Positions 1 to 14,200 of a stretch of 64,000 nucleotides of DNA are shown here, one piece after another (the stretch's first letter is position 1; every line of letters starts with the position of its first letter). The stretch is from positions 360,594-424,593 of the forward strand of contig NMRA01000152.1 of the NCBI GenBank assembly GCA_002633005.1, written 5' to 3'. The position numbers and the translations under genes were made by a program. The stretch is from Phoronis australis. Lineage: Eukaryota; Animalia; Phoronida. Below the pieces are notes generated by a model. It saw nothing but the letters and a program-made list of their open reading frames with translations. It did no database searches and was not told the origin of the DNA.

Positions 1-3000
1 TCCATGTTAGAATCAAATGAACTATTTTTACTGAATATTTGGTAGCTGTTTAAAAATAGTTATTTTTGAACAGATATTTGGTTTGCCAAATGTTTGGCTT
101 CAAATCTTGGTAGAAAGAAAAATACTAAACCATTCCAAGCCTGCCGATGTGTTTTGAATACATTTTTCTCTTCAGTGTTCATCTAACTGTTGCTAATTTG
201 AAGATCCAACATGTATAACAATCAAGTCGTTGAGAAGCTTTCATGCATACATTTAAGAGAGTTTTGGTAAAACGAAGCTCTCGGGCTCGAATACAATACC
301 AGTATCTGTACACATATGGTGGTATCCCATGAGTGTGCCTGCTGCAGAGGTGCGAACGACGTCATATCGGTTTTAACTCCTGCTGACGTCATTGCCTTTG
401 TTCCCGCAAGTCGGTTAATGTGCGGCAGAGCACTCTCATCACATGGAGAGTTGACACTTTTAAAAGTTATTACGCAAGTTACTTGTGGAAGAAAGCGAAG
501 AAAATAATCTTCTGTTTAAGCAGAACTGACGCACAACTAACACGATAAAGTGTGTTTACGTGAAAGCTTCAGCTAATACTTGCAATAATTTCAGAGTGCG
601 TTGAAGCGAAAGTTTGGTGGCTCATAATACGGGATGAGTATTTATACGATGATGACTAAAAACCATCACACGCCCTTTAGGCCAATTAAACACTAAAACA
701 GCAGCCCGGCCCGGAACTCATCGACTGTCCTTAAACAAATGTAATGCAGATGCCAATGAAGATATCAAACTCGAGTGCGTTGAGTCACAGACGAACATCT
801 GGCACAGGGTTTCTTTGAAAACATTAGATCATATGCGCCATATTTGGGCTAATAATCTACACCCATATGTCGCTTCGTGACACATTGTGAGAATCTGGTT
901 TTTCTGCAATTCTGCATAAAAATGTGCAATGTCGTTTGGAGAGAGCTCATAACCCGAAAACAATATATCTTACAGTAATCAACGGAGTTTCGATTGCTTT
1001 GCTGCCATTTATCAGAATAAATAATTGTGTATTAGCTAGTTTTGTATTTTACCAGCACGTGATATCTCCTGAACTCACGTCGTTTCAATGTCATATAGGA
1101 GTAAATAAGGTGGCAGAAAAAAATAATCCTCGTTTTAGTAAGACTCGCTCAAATGACAGTCCATAAATATTAATAATCCAGGAAAACACTGAACAAAAAT
1201 GTTTCTCTTCAAATGTCCGTACTTGCCTGCCCCGCTCATATTTTTTATTCATGCAAGCAACATGTCCAATCTCTGTGCAACGGTCGATATATTTCTTGTG
1301 CGAACCTGACAGACGGATTACCCGCGCTTCAGAGAATGCCAGACACATGGCGAAGACAAACGCCCACTCATTGGCATTGGTACAGTTGGGGAAAGTTTGA
1401 TTTCACACAATGGCAGCCCAGATACATGTATGTGGTTCTGACAACGGTTTGTTTGATTTCATGAGACTGATTCAATGTTCGTTCAGGACAAATCTAGTTA
1501 ATGGAAGTTTCATCGAGCTTGTTTCAAGTTACATGCGAGTTTAACTGTTGTGTAAGTTGATATATAAATAAATAACTGTGTTACCTATATTTCTAACAGA
1601 AGCTGGCGTTGATTTTGCTTGCCTTCTAAAAATGGCGAGTCTCTATTTTTTGATTTGATTTTGCGTCGCCTCACAAAAGGTGAAGTCGTGAAATAAGACC
1701 ACGGTTGACATTTCTTTCGTTCTGTGGTTATGCTGTAGACGTAATGGAGCTCATAGACATCATTTTTGGCTAAAACAGCTCCATTTGTATTTGATGTTGC
1801 CATCTTGAAATTTTTCATTTTGAGCACTCGAAGCAGCCCTTCCAACGCTGAGTACCTCCCGACTCAAAAGTCGAAGATCATACAATATAAATGTATCTAG
1901 CACAAACACGGCCCAAATAACATCCTTAGATTATAGAAAATACTACGAGCTGCTTCCTGAATACAAAATGTCACGTAGTTGCAAACTTAGGACAAAAGAA
2001 TTCAACGTTCATTTTTCGCCACGAAGTACGGTGAAGGCAAAATATCCGTGATAATCCCGCGTCAGTTGATTATCTAGAGGCTAAAATTTGTGGGAGGGAG
2101 AGAGACGGAGGGGTAGTAATTTTAAACGACAGACACAAAACTAAACTCCCGAGTTGAATTCATCGTTTTATGAGAAATGGGTAATATAACCATTATGTAA
2201 ATCTTATGTTCATTAGGTCACGTGATGTGGCCAATAGGTGGCGTGTAGACCAGGCTTAAAAATGTTTGTGATAACTAGTGGTAGCTATATAGCGTTAATT
2301 TACGGACACTGGAACGTGACGATAGCAAGACCGTAACAACAAATATAATAACCTTACTATATGTAACAGATCTGCCTACGACCACGTGTGTCATTGTCTG
2401 TTCCGGAAAGAAGACATTTTGAGATTGAGATTTCCGCTCAATTTTGATTACACATCAGTGGTCGACAAACACCGTCCTTTTGTTTTAAGCCATTCAAATT
2501 ATATATGTCTAGAAAAACATATTTGGTATTACGCAATAAATGCGCCACGCGAATGAGAGATATTGCTAATCAAAAGCACCGTATCATCAACTAAGTATAA
2601 CTAAAGAATTATATCTTGCACAGACAAAATCGCCAAGCGACAGCTATCGAGTCAGTTATTATATTCAGCGTGTCACAGCCAATAAATTGTTCGGATGTTC
2701 TCATAGCGTGTTTATGTGTTGTGTCCTTGTGTAATGGAAAAATTAAGTTCGATGTTGTCAGTTTTTACTCGGGTGTCCATCAAACCGCAAGTGTTGATGT
2801 GGGTCGACAGTTGATTTGTTGTAAATGCATGGCATATGACAACTTATTTTGTCGTACGCGTCGACGAGTACCGCCGATTGTGCTGTTCGAAAGATATTAT
2901 GGGGCCACGGCGCATGGTAAACAAATAAATTTCAAAAACATCCGTTGAATGATGGAATGGATTGGTTCGTAAGTATCGTAAGATTTATCACGGACAAAAC

Positions 3001-6000
3001 GTGCGAGCCGCCAACATGTATCCTTACGGCTGTATCTATGTAACTTGTGTTATGCAGTCATTTGTATTATTTTAGTTATCCAGAGCGTATGTTTATAAAA
3101 CAGTGCAACATGTCCTGCTTCACAGAACGTTGATGTTTGCGCTGAAGGAAAAAAATGAGCAAGCTGCCAAGGATCTCAGTCTTCCTCCGTCACAAACAAG
3201 TTTCTTAATGCACTAACCATATCTGTTTGTGGTTGTAGTAGATCGTTTTGATACATTGTACTCAACACGTTATCAAAGTTTACAAGAAACTTATTCAGCT
3301 TATGAAAAATGACCATTGAAAGAAATTATAAATGATTTTAGATACGAACATGATAAAAGTTGTGTTTTCTTGATGAAAGAAAGGAGAGCATCTATACGAA
3401 GTGCGAGGGGGAGAATAGTACCCTTCACCGCGCTGGTAGTCTGCAATCTATCACATTCGACACAGTAGCAGTATTTTCAAATTGGCGCCATCTGGAGCAA
3501 TGGGAGCGAGAATGCGACTTCTGCTTGATTCCGTCTCAGATTCGGTGGATAGAAATTCAATTACTGTACAGTGGTTCATTAATTAAAGTCAGAGGAATAA
3601 ATCCCACTGTCAGCCCCTTTTATTGTTTGATTAGATTTGAGTTCACTAATTTCATTTAGCTCTCTCACATCGGCTGGGATCGAAATTTCCCCGCTATAAC
3701 AGTCGCTCTCAGCCGCGGATTCTTTTCCGCGGTGGGAAATGTGTGGGACATGGTGTCCTTCATCCATGTATGTTTCAAGAGATTCGCTCTTTTCATTGAG
3801 CCATCAGTAAAGCCCACCTCACAGTAGTGGAAATTTGCCGGCGTTATGATATCAGGTACGTCGTTAAAGCAGCAGGTTGAAACCTGCCGTACGCATTACA
3901 TGGGATCCGGTAGATGGCGCTGAACGCCTGTCTACCAAAGACCAGGATCACTGTGGGGCAGGATAGTGAACTTCAGTATTTAGAAAATCAGCTATTTCTG
4001 CTGATTTGAGATGTTCCAGTCAACATGAAGCTTAACCAATAGTTCGGTGTGTCAGCTATGCGTAAGGAAACACTTCATTGTACATAAACAGGACGTAGAG
4101 AGGATAGTCATACGAGCCGCTTGCGAATATGTAACAATTAAAACGAGGGATACGAGCAGCATTGTCTTTTTAAATCACGCGCTTTCCAGCAATTGATTTC
4201 TTGTCGTGCCTACCTGCGCAATAAAATGCATGAGGTTGCTATCACCCGAGTTCATCATACCGTATTTCCACCGGTGCAATAGTTATGGCTTATTTGTTCA
4301 GACCAACATGTTGTGATTAGCGCTGTTGTTTATGCGGAAATAGCGCACCGGGAATTCTTAATTAAATGCCCACGTTCTTTGATCTTATTGTACATTGACT
4401 TCAGCTAAGTAATGAATAAATTCTTTGCTGCTGATAAAAAACAATTTGTTGTCTACTTATAATAAATGCTAAAAAATATGTAACGCCTTATTGACAAGTT
4501 TGTTTTTAGCCAAATATCTACAAAATTCGAGATTTTAACGGAGTATAAGTATATGTTTTCTGAAAATAGAAAGATGTGCGGTAGAAATTGATTTTTGGCT
4601 CTTTCCCTGTCATAAGTTAACTGGGACCCATGAGCTAGTCATTTTAGCAAAAATTAGCAAAAAAGAAAGCTACATGGACAAATATAGCGGTATCAATAAC
4701 AATACCAAATTTCAATTGATAAAAATGTTCATGATGAAATTTCAGAGACGCTATTACAGTTTTATAAATTATCATTTCTTTTTCCTTTTGAGTAACTTCT
4801 TAGTTTTTCATGAAAATCGTCAAAGCCCTACTTTGATAGCCGCTTATACAAAAACCTGTCCAAACAGAGGTGAGATCGTCAACATGACGATAACCTCATG
4901 CAAAAACTGAACCCAATAACTGCTGTATTTACTATATTGAGGTATCAACACTGTTCTTCAAAATGACGTCATCGTTTTTACGATTTTGAGATTATTGTTG
5001 GGTGGGGTTTTTCTTCAGGATTTTCTTCGGGTTATTAGCTTAGACTAGTGCTATAACAACACTTGAATCCTGAGGTATTTACCCACAATGCTTCAACATG
5101 CGTCAAGTAGTTCTTCTCTAGCCTCATTTTTGTGCCATTGGGGTTTCCCCGTGTTATTTGTGGTACCTTGTTTTCAATGCAGTGGAGAATCACGTCCAAA
5201 TTTTCTAAAACGAGGCCAATGTAACAACGCGTTTGCCTACTTCCAGGAAAAAGGAGATTTCGTCGCCATTGTCTGCCAAACATTCGCTGAAATCGAGGCC
5301 AGTGACTTGGCTAGTGTTAGGCTTAATTCGTTTGCAGTGCCATGCCATTTATTGAATGGGGTTTACCTCCACCATCAGAGCCTGTAACTGAGATCTTGAA
5401 GGTTTAAGGTTCGAATGCGTGCTGCAGCTGATATCAGAAAACCACTTTTCTCGCCGCCAATGTTATTTTAAAAATGTAAGACTTCCCCAAGAATCAACAC
5501 CATTTTGCAAAACAACAGGCTTCGTTGACTGAACCAGGCACGTCACAATGCCTCTGCCGGCTACAGGAAATAAAGTATACTCTCTGGGGTCTGCTTCAAC
5601 AGCGGAGCTGCATGGTACTTATCAAGACGGGTATAAATTGAATCGAATAATACCAAGAGATCAGCGCTCAACTGAGGATAGAACATGAGAACTGAGATGA
5701 TAAAATTTAACAAACTTAATGTAACTGTCTTGTTTCAGTCATTCGGGTATTGAAACACCAAACTGGTATCAAGTTAGACATCTGACACGTTTCTAATCAA
5801 CAAGCACAGATCACGATTTATGTGACGCTACAGCGGACGATTTTGGGTCCTACAGCACGTTAACGTGCCGATTGAGACTCCTGAGAAAAGCCAGTTTCGA
5901 ACTTGCAAGAATCTCACTGACTATAAGCTTGGCGTGTTAGATTTAGCTCGTTGTTCAATCACTAAAAAATGGATTGCTAAAATGAAGATACTGTGGTCCT

Positions 6001-7736
6001 CGTTTTACGTTGATCAGTTGTCTCTATATTTACACGAAACATTATAGCCGAGTGATTCAGTTCCACGTGTACTTCAAGGCGTTATTGAGACATTCAAAAG
6101 CAACGTGAACTATGAATCACTCCTTTCAAACATTGAAACATTCAATTTCATTTGCACTTTTCAGTGATGCTAGTAATGCACACGGAATAAGAGATCTATT
6201 TTCTTCGACATTTATGGTAACTAAAACGTGAACACAGAGCGTGCAGCGCCATGGTGGTTTGTGACGTCAGTGTTATTTCGAAATTATCTATCAATCGCCG
6301 AGTAACAGGTATATTGAATCCGTCAACTAATGACGAAGATGGATGGTTACGCCAGGTAACGGCAACGTTACCTCCGACCTGAATGATTTTGATTATCTTT
6401 TAAAACAGCCTTGAAACCTATGCTTTCTGCTAGAATAACTGTTGAAATTGGCCGCGGTCAGACTGCTCAATAAGTTTCAGGTCACGACATGAACGTTTCA
6501 GGCTGCTCAGACACGTTTGATTTGTTTAAGCGACCATTTGAACCAATTTCACTTCTGACATGCGACAAGAAAGCCATAGTCCATTTGAAAAAATCGTGAA
6601 TATGCCAGGAAACAATGAAGTTCTTTTTGACGCTAGAATTTACTGGCGAGGTACTTTAGCGGCGGGGGAAATAACACCGTTGTGGCACTAATGGACACAC
6701 TTTCTCATGTAAACACGGCTGACGCCGGAGCCCTGTAAACTATTGTAGGCCGTTCGAGGGAAAGTGTCGCCCAGAATTACTCTCCTAATTGCGACAGAAA
6801 CTACGTTCGTGTTTTACGAACGCAATGATTACATCTTATGAGAAATTGGTTTTTAGGTTGTGTGAGCTCTGAAAAGTTGAACGCTCATAATTTTTCGCTC
6901 GACTTTTTGCGCCGAACTGAATTTACTGAGTCCCTGAGCCGTATTAAAAAGTGAGGAACTATTGTATGCTCATGGGTGCGACACCCGTGTTATTTCTCTA
7001 TCGTTAGGCTGTTGACTTCCAAGCGTAAGCAACGTACAGTAAATTGCGTCATTGTGTTAAATAGTTGATAATTACTCGTATTAATATGTAAGCACTACCT
7101 ATGACAGTAGCGCACGGCGGAGATGATTGAAAAAATCAATAGGTGTGAAACTTTTTGAGCGGTGCGCACGCATAGACTGGATAATAATAGTCCAATTCCA
7201 TATAATTTGCTGACTGGGAATTTTATTTTTACATCGAGTTCTAAATTTGAATGCAATCGACAGATAGGCCTAATAGGCGTGCGGCTGACGTATTTTCTAT
7301 GCTACTAAGTCGAGTTGCTGCTTGCGCATGTCGATCACCGTGACTGTTATGTGCTGGGCAGACGAGTGCATTACTTATGCTACGACAATTCGTTGCTCTA
7401 AGTCACTTTTGAAGTTGTGCACGGAGAGAAGGGCATTGTTTTCTGCCATGTTGTTTACACGTTACACTTGAAAAAATGACAGCAATGCTGTAGATTAAGT
7501 CCCTCGAATTGATCAGTGCCGCTATGTCGTATCAATTTCGATATCTTTCAATTAACTCGAGAACACAAAGTTCTCCCGTGACACGTTTGAGATTTGAGAA
7601 ACCAACAATCTACCGAGTTCGAGATGTTCTCTCACGCGGCGGAGGTGCGAGTACATCAAGGCTCACAACTTTGACATTTCCACCACATAATGACATTGGG
7701 ACGACAGGTCATACAAATCTCGACATTGTTACTTAC

Positions 7737-8484
7737 CGTAGACACAGTCCACAGAAGCGCCTAGATATTCTGACGTCATGAACTGCTGCACCAAGGCTGT
7801 CTTGCCGACGTCGGCTTGGCCGAGCATAAGAACACGGTGCACAGGTTCACCTCCCGAAGACGAACACGTTGAACCGAAACTCAATACGCGCTCGCGTGCT
7901 TCAAGCTCCGCGTCATCGTCGCCACCAGATGGAGTTGGTGATTGATTAACGGTCGGTTCTCCGCTGTGAGCGCTGCTGTTGGACGCCACACTTGTGCTGC
8001 TCTTGGATTTCCGTTTGAACGAGTCCCCGCGGTTTTTAATACCTTTGGAACTGGTAGTGAATGTGCGTACTCTGTTGTATTCGTCCTCATCGTCTTCGTT
8101 GTCGTACGGGAATGATGGGGTTAGATAGTTTTTTACTGGTTTCCTGATGAGATTCTTAGTAGGCATACTTGACGTGCGTGGGCGTATGTCCTCAAGCTCA
8201 ATGTTTCTTGCGCGTGTGCGCACCTTTTTACATGACGCCGACCGATGATGATGCGAAGTGGAACCGTTTGAGCTGTTTGAATTTGTCGAACCTTTCGGTG
8301 ACGTGCGTGGGCTGTTTCCAGGTACGTATTTCAGTTCTGGTGCGAATAGGCAATCGTCGGTTTGGTTGTCCTTGCAGGACGCTCTCTCGGAGAGTAACCC
8401 GCCATATTTTGATGGTGGGCTGCGACCGCTCATGGCACAAAAGTCATCGAATTCATCGCCCATCTCAGAAATCCCTCTTGTCAT
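7737..8484 (-). CDS. RGK-family small GTPase (Rad/Gem/Rem-like), N-terminal coding exon; gene continues beyond the left edge of the window
   Basis: The ORF encodes a Ser-rich N-terminal extension with RPRTSSMP and RVRTFTTSSKGIKNRGDSFK motifs typical of invertebrate RGK proteins. It then enters the G domain: HRVLMLGQADVGKTALVQQFMTSEY. It ends at a phase-1 donor TAC G|GTAAGT (ACTTAC at 7731-7736). A candidate acceptor ttaattccAG lies at 8507-8509. No further G-domain exon was recognised in 1-7730. Confidence 0.88.
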
Positions 8485-10865
8485 AACTTCAGCCGTGGTT
8501 AAATGTCTGGAATTAACAAGTGTGTACTTAAGCGATTGATTTTGAGCCAGTGTAAACCCAACCCGGAACTGACATTAAACGGAGAGTTTATAACACCATG
8601 CATTTGCAGGCAATAAGTCACCGAGACTGCCGACTGTTTCAGTTTCATGGGATATGCCTGTTGTACGTACCGGGCTGTAATAGTGTCTGGTGGATTCAAG
8701 TAGGCCTACACAACTAATACAAACACTGCAATGCACTATTTAATCAATGCAGCACTAATATTCGGATCGCAACTGCCTATAGTTGTCTCGTTTTGTTTCA
8801 ACAAAATGACTGCAAGGATTGCTTTCACTCCATGAAGGGAATACACAATAGTTCTATAAAGTTATGCGTGGACACCGTCATTTATGCTCAAGGCGCAAAT
8901 ACGCGATTATCGCATGACAGGTAGCCTATCGCACATTCACCTGCTCATCGCAATATTGAGACTACTCCATTCAAACCCGTTACAAACATGTACCGAACTG
9001 CGAAAGCTTATTTATTTACACATGTCTGCAAAACGGGACCTTAATTCTCGAAAGCTAGGCTAAAATCCTGAGAATGTCTTAACAATCGTACTACACGAGT
9101 TCTTTGATATAGTTAAATCAAAACTATAATTACAGATCAGAATTTCAATTAAAAACGTGTTTTTCTAAACTGTGGGGATATTCTTACGATTAGTCTCATT
9201 TTTGTAGAAACGTGCGAAAATTACCAGAGATATATTTCCGACTGAATGCATGCCGACCTTCAGTCTTTAGAGTTTAAAGATTGGTGTAAAATTTGGAATC
9301 CTGCAGTATATAAAAACATTTATCTTATAAACTGTATTCGCGACCAATTCATAGTATTGCATTTGTATGTACCCGAATCAGTAAATAATCCTACCTGACG
9401 AACTTAAATAGAATCGTTCCCATTTCTATTCATAGTAAGAACGTTTAGCAAAACCATTACTTACTGTATTAATAGCCAAGACCTATACTCTTCAAAACGT
9501 CCTCAGTACTCGTACGGCTAACCACTTGAATTTACTCTGAGCACGATCAATCAAGGTCTGCTATTTATGTGGACAGCAGACGATATTTGATTGGATGGTA
9601 TTTTTCTACGCTTGCGTAAGGCCACGTGACCGCAGTGCCGACGAGCATAATTCAGTGTTGCTAAAAAGCGTATGTTAACAAGAAAATGACTTGTTATCAT
9701 TTCTCGGCAAGAGTGAATCAGTAGAGCTTCGTCACGATCTATGAAATGATCATGGAATTTATGGAGAATCATCAATTCTGGCCTGTGTGTTTACCGCAAT
9801 GCTGTAGGAACAATTAGAATGAATGTTTACCTTTTTACCGGATATTATTTCACGGAAACTATTAATTAAATTACCCCCAATATGCATTAAGTATTTGTAT
9901 CATTAATTTGCTTGAAAAAACGGTTATGGAAATCGTCATTAGAGTGATCTGAACTTGTGAACTCATGTATAATTTACGTCACACCATAAGGCCTTTTGAC
10001 AGTACCTCGGAGGTTTATGATCATTGTGAAATAACATAGCAAGTGTGGAGTGTTTTGAATTTGTTTTCTGCAGCGTAAACACTGCGCAAACCATGTTGCG
10101 GTCTTTTAAAGCTGCATTTTGCCGTGTTTAGTTGACTAATATATAAACAAAAATCTATTTGTGCCCTTCCCTATCACAAAATCGGTCTCATGACACCTCT
10201 TTCCGTTTTCAACAAGAATGTCGAAACCATCAGGGGCCAAAGAAAGCGCTTCAGATGGGCCAAACCTAAAATTGCGGAATAGAAATTGGCACATGTACTA
10301 CACATTACTTGTGACTTTTGTTGCCGGCAATTCAAGATCGGGTGAGCATATGGTAATGTTTTAAATCCCAAAGCGCTTCGGTTAAGCATAAAACATTGAT
10401 AAACAGTGACGAAATGCTGCTTTAGCTCTTTTGAGGGTATTACTCCATGAGGAACTAGTTCTAGTAATTCATTGTTTCGGGAAAAGACTGCGTCAAAAGA
10501 GAACGGACTGACCCCACCAGTCAATGTCATTTATAATTAAAGCTATTAAACTTTCAAATTCTAGGTGAATAGTTAAAACACGTCAGCGAGTCCAATCTTT
10601 GTTTTTATTGTTTTTAAACAACCTTTTTACACACCCATTCAGTTTTAGGGTTGATAAACACAGTTTTTGGAATTATTGTTGGGTATGATATACTTTTTGA
10701 AGTATCTAGCTTTCCGCAGATATATTAAACAACAGCGTTTTTGTGCTTTATCAGAAATCTGCAATTTTCGACGTTGCCTTCCATCCTTTCGGTAGAATTA
10801 ACTGAAGTTGAGACTGGTGACGTTATCAGTTTCATACGTTTAGAATACCTGCCTATTTGGCTTTT

Positions 10866-11121
10866 CATGGCCGCACCCAGGGCGGTGTCTTGGGGGCTCG
10901 AATGAGCTCCCCCTCCCCCATTTGGCGACGTGGCAAAAAGGTCAGCCTCAGAGAAACAAAAACTACGAAAAAAGTAGAAAACGGGACAAAAGTCCACTAA
11001 AAAGGCAGGAACAACCAAAATTCGGCGAATTCGTAGCTCTGAACGTACACCGCGAATCTTAGTAAAAGGTCCACATTCTCAAGAAGTCGAGTCCCCCATT
11101 TTTAGATTGGTTGCGCGCATG
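10866..11121 (+). mobile_element. MITE family A, copy 1 (CATG...CATG termini, hAT-like)
   Basis: CATGGCCGCACCC...GGTTGCGCGCATG. Its internal sequence (CCATTTGGCGA, AAAAAGGTC, CTCAGAGAAAC, GCTCTGAACGTA, TCCACATTCTCA) recurs at 60700-60904 and partly, inverted, at 49716-49963. Flanked by CTTTT on both sides. Confidence 0.7.
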
Positions 11122-11125
11122 CTTT

Positions 11126-11200
11126 TAGCTCCTCCAGTAAAGCACCGGAGTGTGACCGCTGAACATGAGGACGTGGGTTCAAATCCTTGTCGGTGCTGTC
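11126..11200 (+). mobile_element. Degenerate tRNA-derived SINE head
   Basis: A-box-like TAGCTC...GTAAAGCA and a B box GGTTCAAATCC at about 11176-11186; no cloverleaf. Confidence 0.4.
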
Positions 11201-14200
11201 TCAAATACGCAACATTGTCTCACTTTAAACTGGAGGTTACATTCAAATCCAAATCAGACTGTCAATGACATGTTTGCGTCAACATTGTACATTTTTCTTT
11301 AAGCACGGTTTGCAAGGTCGTCAACAATTGTTAGTACTTCTGTAGAAATGCCTAACGAACTTTATAAACAAAGATCTTAGACTTTGTCGACATGAATGAT
11401 TACAACAGTTTTATACGAAAATAGACAAAACAGCTGTTAAAAGCTGATGAGATTGACACTCGCGTAGCGCCCCAGGTAGACTAGGGAGAGCAGCACTCAC
11501 ATATTTTTAAATACACCTTTGCGCAATCAGAATAAATTAGTGTGGATATTGTATTATTATTAGTTAAGGCTAAAACTTTTGTTTGTGCTGTTAGCTGTCA
11601 CAAACTTGTAAAGTGCAGCTCTACACAAAGGTTCTTGACTCTAACTCTGACGTACTTCCACCAATTATTGGCAATTTGGTGGAATTCAGTACACGGTCTT
11701 GAAACAGGATTAAGGCGAGCACAGCAAGGGCGCCACGCAGTTTATTTTGTTCCTGGAAATTCGGTTTCCAAATAAATTAAGCGGAGGTCTCGTGAAGTCC
11801 ATCGTAAAGTAGCATGCAGTGGCTCTCGTTTTCTTTCAAAAGTACACGCTTACGTCTGTTAACAGCCAGATGAAGGAGCAAATCTTTTCTGTTCATGATT
11901 GCTAGTGACGTATGGAAAGAGGGCACGGAAGTTAGTCCGCGCGTTTTGCTGGTGGATATGGACTGAGAATGAGAGATAGAGATGACATCATTCGGAGGAA
12001 GTAGATGTCGGTGTCTGTAGTTGGTGTATATACTTTTTAATAGTAATTTATGATAAATGTCTGAAGCAGTATCCGATAATAAAAGAGTACAAGAAGTTTG
12101 ATTAAAATTTGCTGGCCGTTGGAATGTTGTCCAGATCTTCAGTGTCTGAAAAAATCACGTGTGACAGCTCGACCGAAGTTTGATCTGCATGCGCATCGTC
12201 TGCCCCCAAATTGGACTGCAGATTTACATTCTTACCGTGAGAAAGACATATTCCAGTCTGTAACTTGTGATTAGGTTCTGTATGTTATACAAATTTATTT
12301 GTTCGACGGCTAACACAATCATTTTGTGAACGCTCGTTTGAAGGTACCATTCGCCCCACAAGCAAGTCCGTAGCAAGGTAAACATTATTAGGAGGGTTAC
12401 AAACTAAATTTACATCGCCAAATTTTTGCCTCTCAAGCCAGATTCACCCCTATCGCTACCACTTCACCCCCACCCCCTTGTTATGGCCAATTCCAGACCC
12501 CATGGCGTTCGGTATCTGCTGCTTTGGGAGAAACCCCGGAGGAGCAACCGGCACCAGAAACTTGAGTGACCATGTTCCAAAAAATTTCACGAGAAAGAGG
12601 CACTTTTTAGACCTCTACACTTTGCGGATTTTGACCTTTACGGGGTATTTTTATAAAATTCATGTTAAAGGGTTGCCAAAACACGGACTTCTAAATCACT
12701 CTTAAGGAGGTAAAAGATAAGAAACTTCTTCCCCGGAATCTGTGAAATGGGAGGAACAGTATCACTTAGTAATTGAGTTGACGGAGTGTCGTCGCAGAAA
12801 CTTCGTCTATTTCGGTGATGAAGCCCAAGATCAACATTCACTTCATTAGATCTAATTTAGGTAAAGTTCACTTTTAAAGGTGCGGTTCCGGAGTCTGTAT
12901 TGCATTGCCATAGGGGCTATTTCAATCCCTTTTTGAAATCCGGGAACCCAAAATTCTGGTGGCTGCCCCCCGTTGTGACAATATATGCCGTAAACACCGA
13001 CACGTAGGCTACTGTCGCCTGGACGACAATATTTGTGCAATGAACACCAACACGTATTGACGTCCCCATGTGTTCAGAGGTAGTCTGCTTACCATGAATG
13101 TAAGAGAGGCACACGAAATTATAAAAGTCCTAAGCGAGTTCGTAGCAAGTTGAAGGGAGGAAAGATTCCTGACTGTACGGTTAATGATGATAACCGCGTC
13201 TGAAGTCAGTCTTGTTTCCGAGAGCGTTGATTTTGCAAGTATTGACATGTGTGATGCCTAAGATTGGTTTTACTGACCGCAAACTTTCAGTAGCCCAACT
13301 ACTCTAACTCTGAAACTTTCAACTCATGTAGCGGAAGAACCCTTAGTCGAAGTTTGGATTTTTCCATACCTTCAGCTAGGCGCACAAACAGTATTGCGTA
13401 GGCTTACATGTACACAATCATGCAGTTTCGCTAAAGATAGGCGTTTTTAGGGAGTGATAATACGTGTCATCACAACGTGGCAGCGTATATACTGCGCCGG
13501 GAATGACAATAAATGCCGTGGACGCTGGCGGTGTCAACTTCCGGATGATGTCAGCTCGTCGTCAGTGTTGTTGCTAGCATTGATAGTGGCATTGACAACA
13601 GTGGATGGTGGACAACAGTGCGCTGTGATTGGCGGAGACTCCCCTTTGGGCATGGGTGTTGTAGACTTCAAAGTCATCATTGGTATCGTTGTACGGTTCA
13701 CTGGCGTCGTCGTCGTCGTCGTCGTTCTCAGCACTTTTCGATCTGATTTCGTCAACAGTGTGGCTTCATTTTAATGTTTCCTCTACACCGCGGTCATCAC
13801 CTCCACAATTACTATTAATTTCTGGAGGCAGAGAATCCGATTCATTGAATTCTGAAATATAGTTTTCACTTTGCTTTTAGAGGGGCCAACAAGAGCCGAG
13901 GAGTTTTTTTTTGGCAAATAATATAAAATTCCCAGTTGGTTTTAACGATCTGAATATTTAAGCTGCTCCTGTTGCTGCTCAGGTCTCCAGCATTCACAAA
14001 TTGGCAATTATTGACCATTTTCAGTAAACAGATGCCACTTTACCACAAGTGGCATCCTCTGAAAGATATGCCACATAATATTGCACTCGGGTAAGCAATT
14101 TCCAGTGTCTGTTCATCAGGAAGATTAAACGCACAGGAACACTATAGGCAATTTAATGTATGTTACTTGAATAAAATAATTTAAGTGCTCCCAGCATGTG

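Noticed and set aside
5376-5425. tRNA gene suggested by GGTTCGAAT
   Set aside because: No acceptor stem or D arm; at most a decayed SINE head.
1-7730. Downstream RGK exons (G3-G5 motifs, C-terminal basic tail)
   Set aside because: None recognised by eye or in the ORF track; a short exon could have been missed.
8169-8539. Plus-strand and alternative-frame ORFs over the RGK exon
   Set aside because: Shadow ORFs of the real minus-strand coding exon.
13534-13755. Thr-rich mucin-like ORF
   Set aside because: Driven by a (GTC)n run, starts at TTG and has no splice or homology support.
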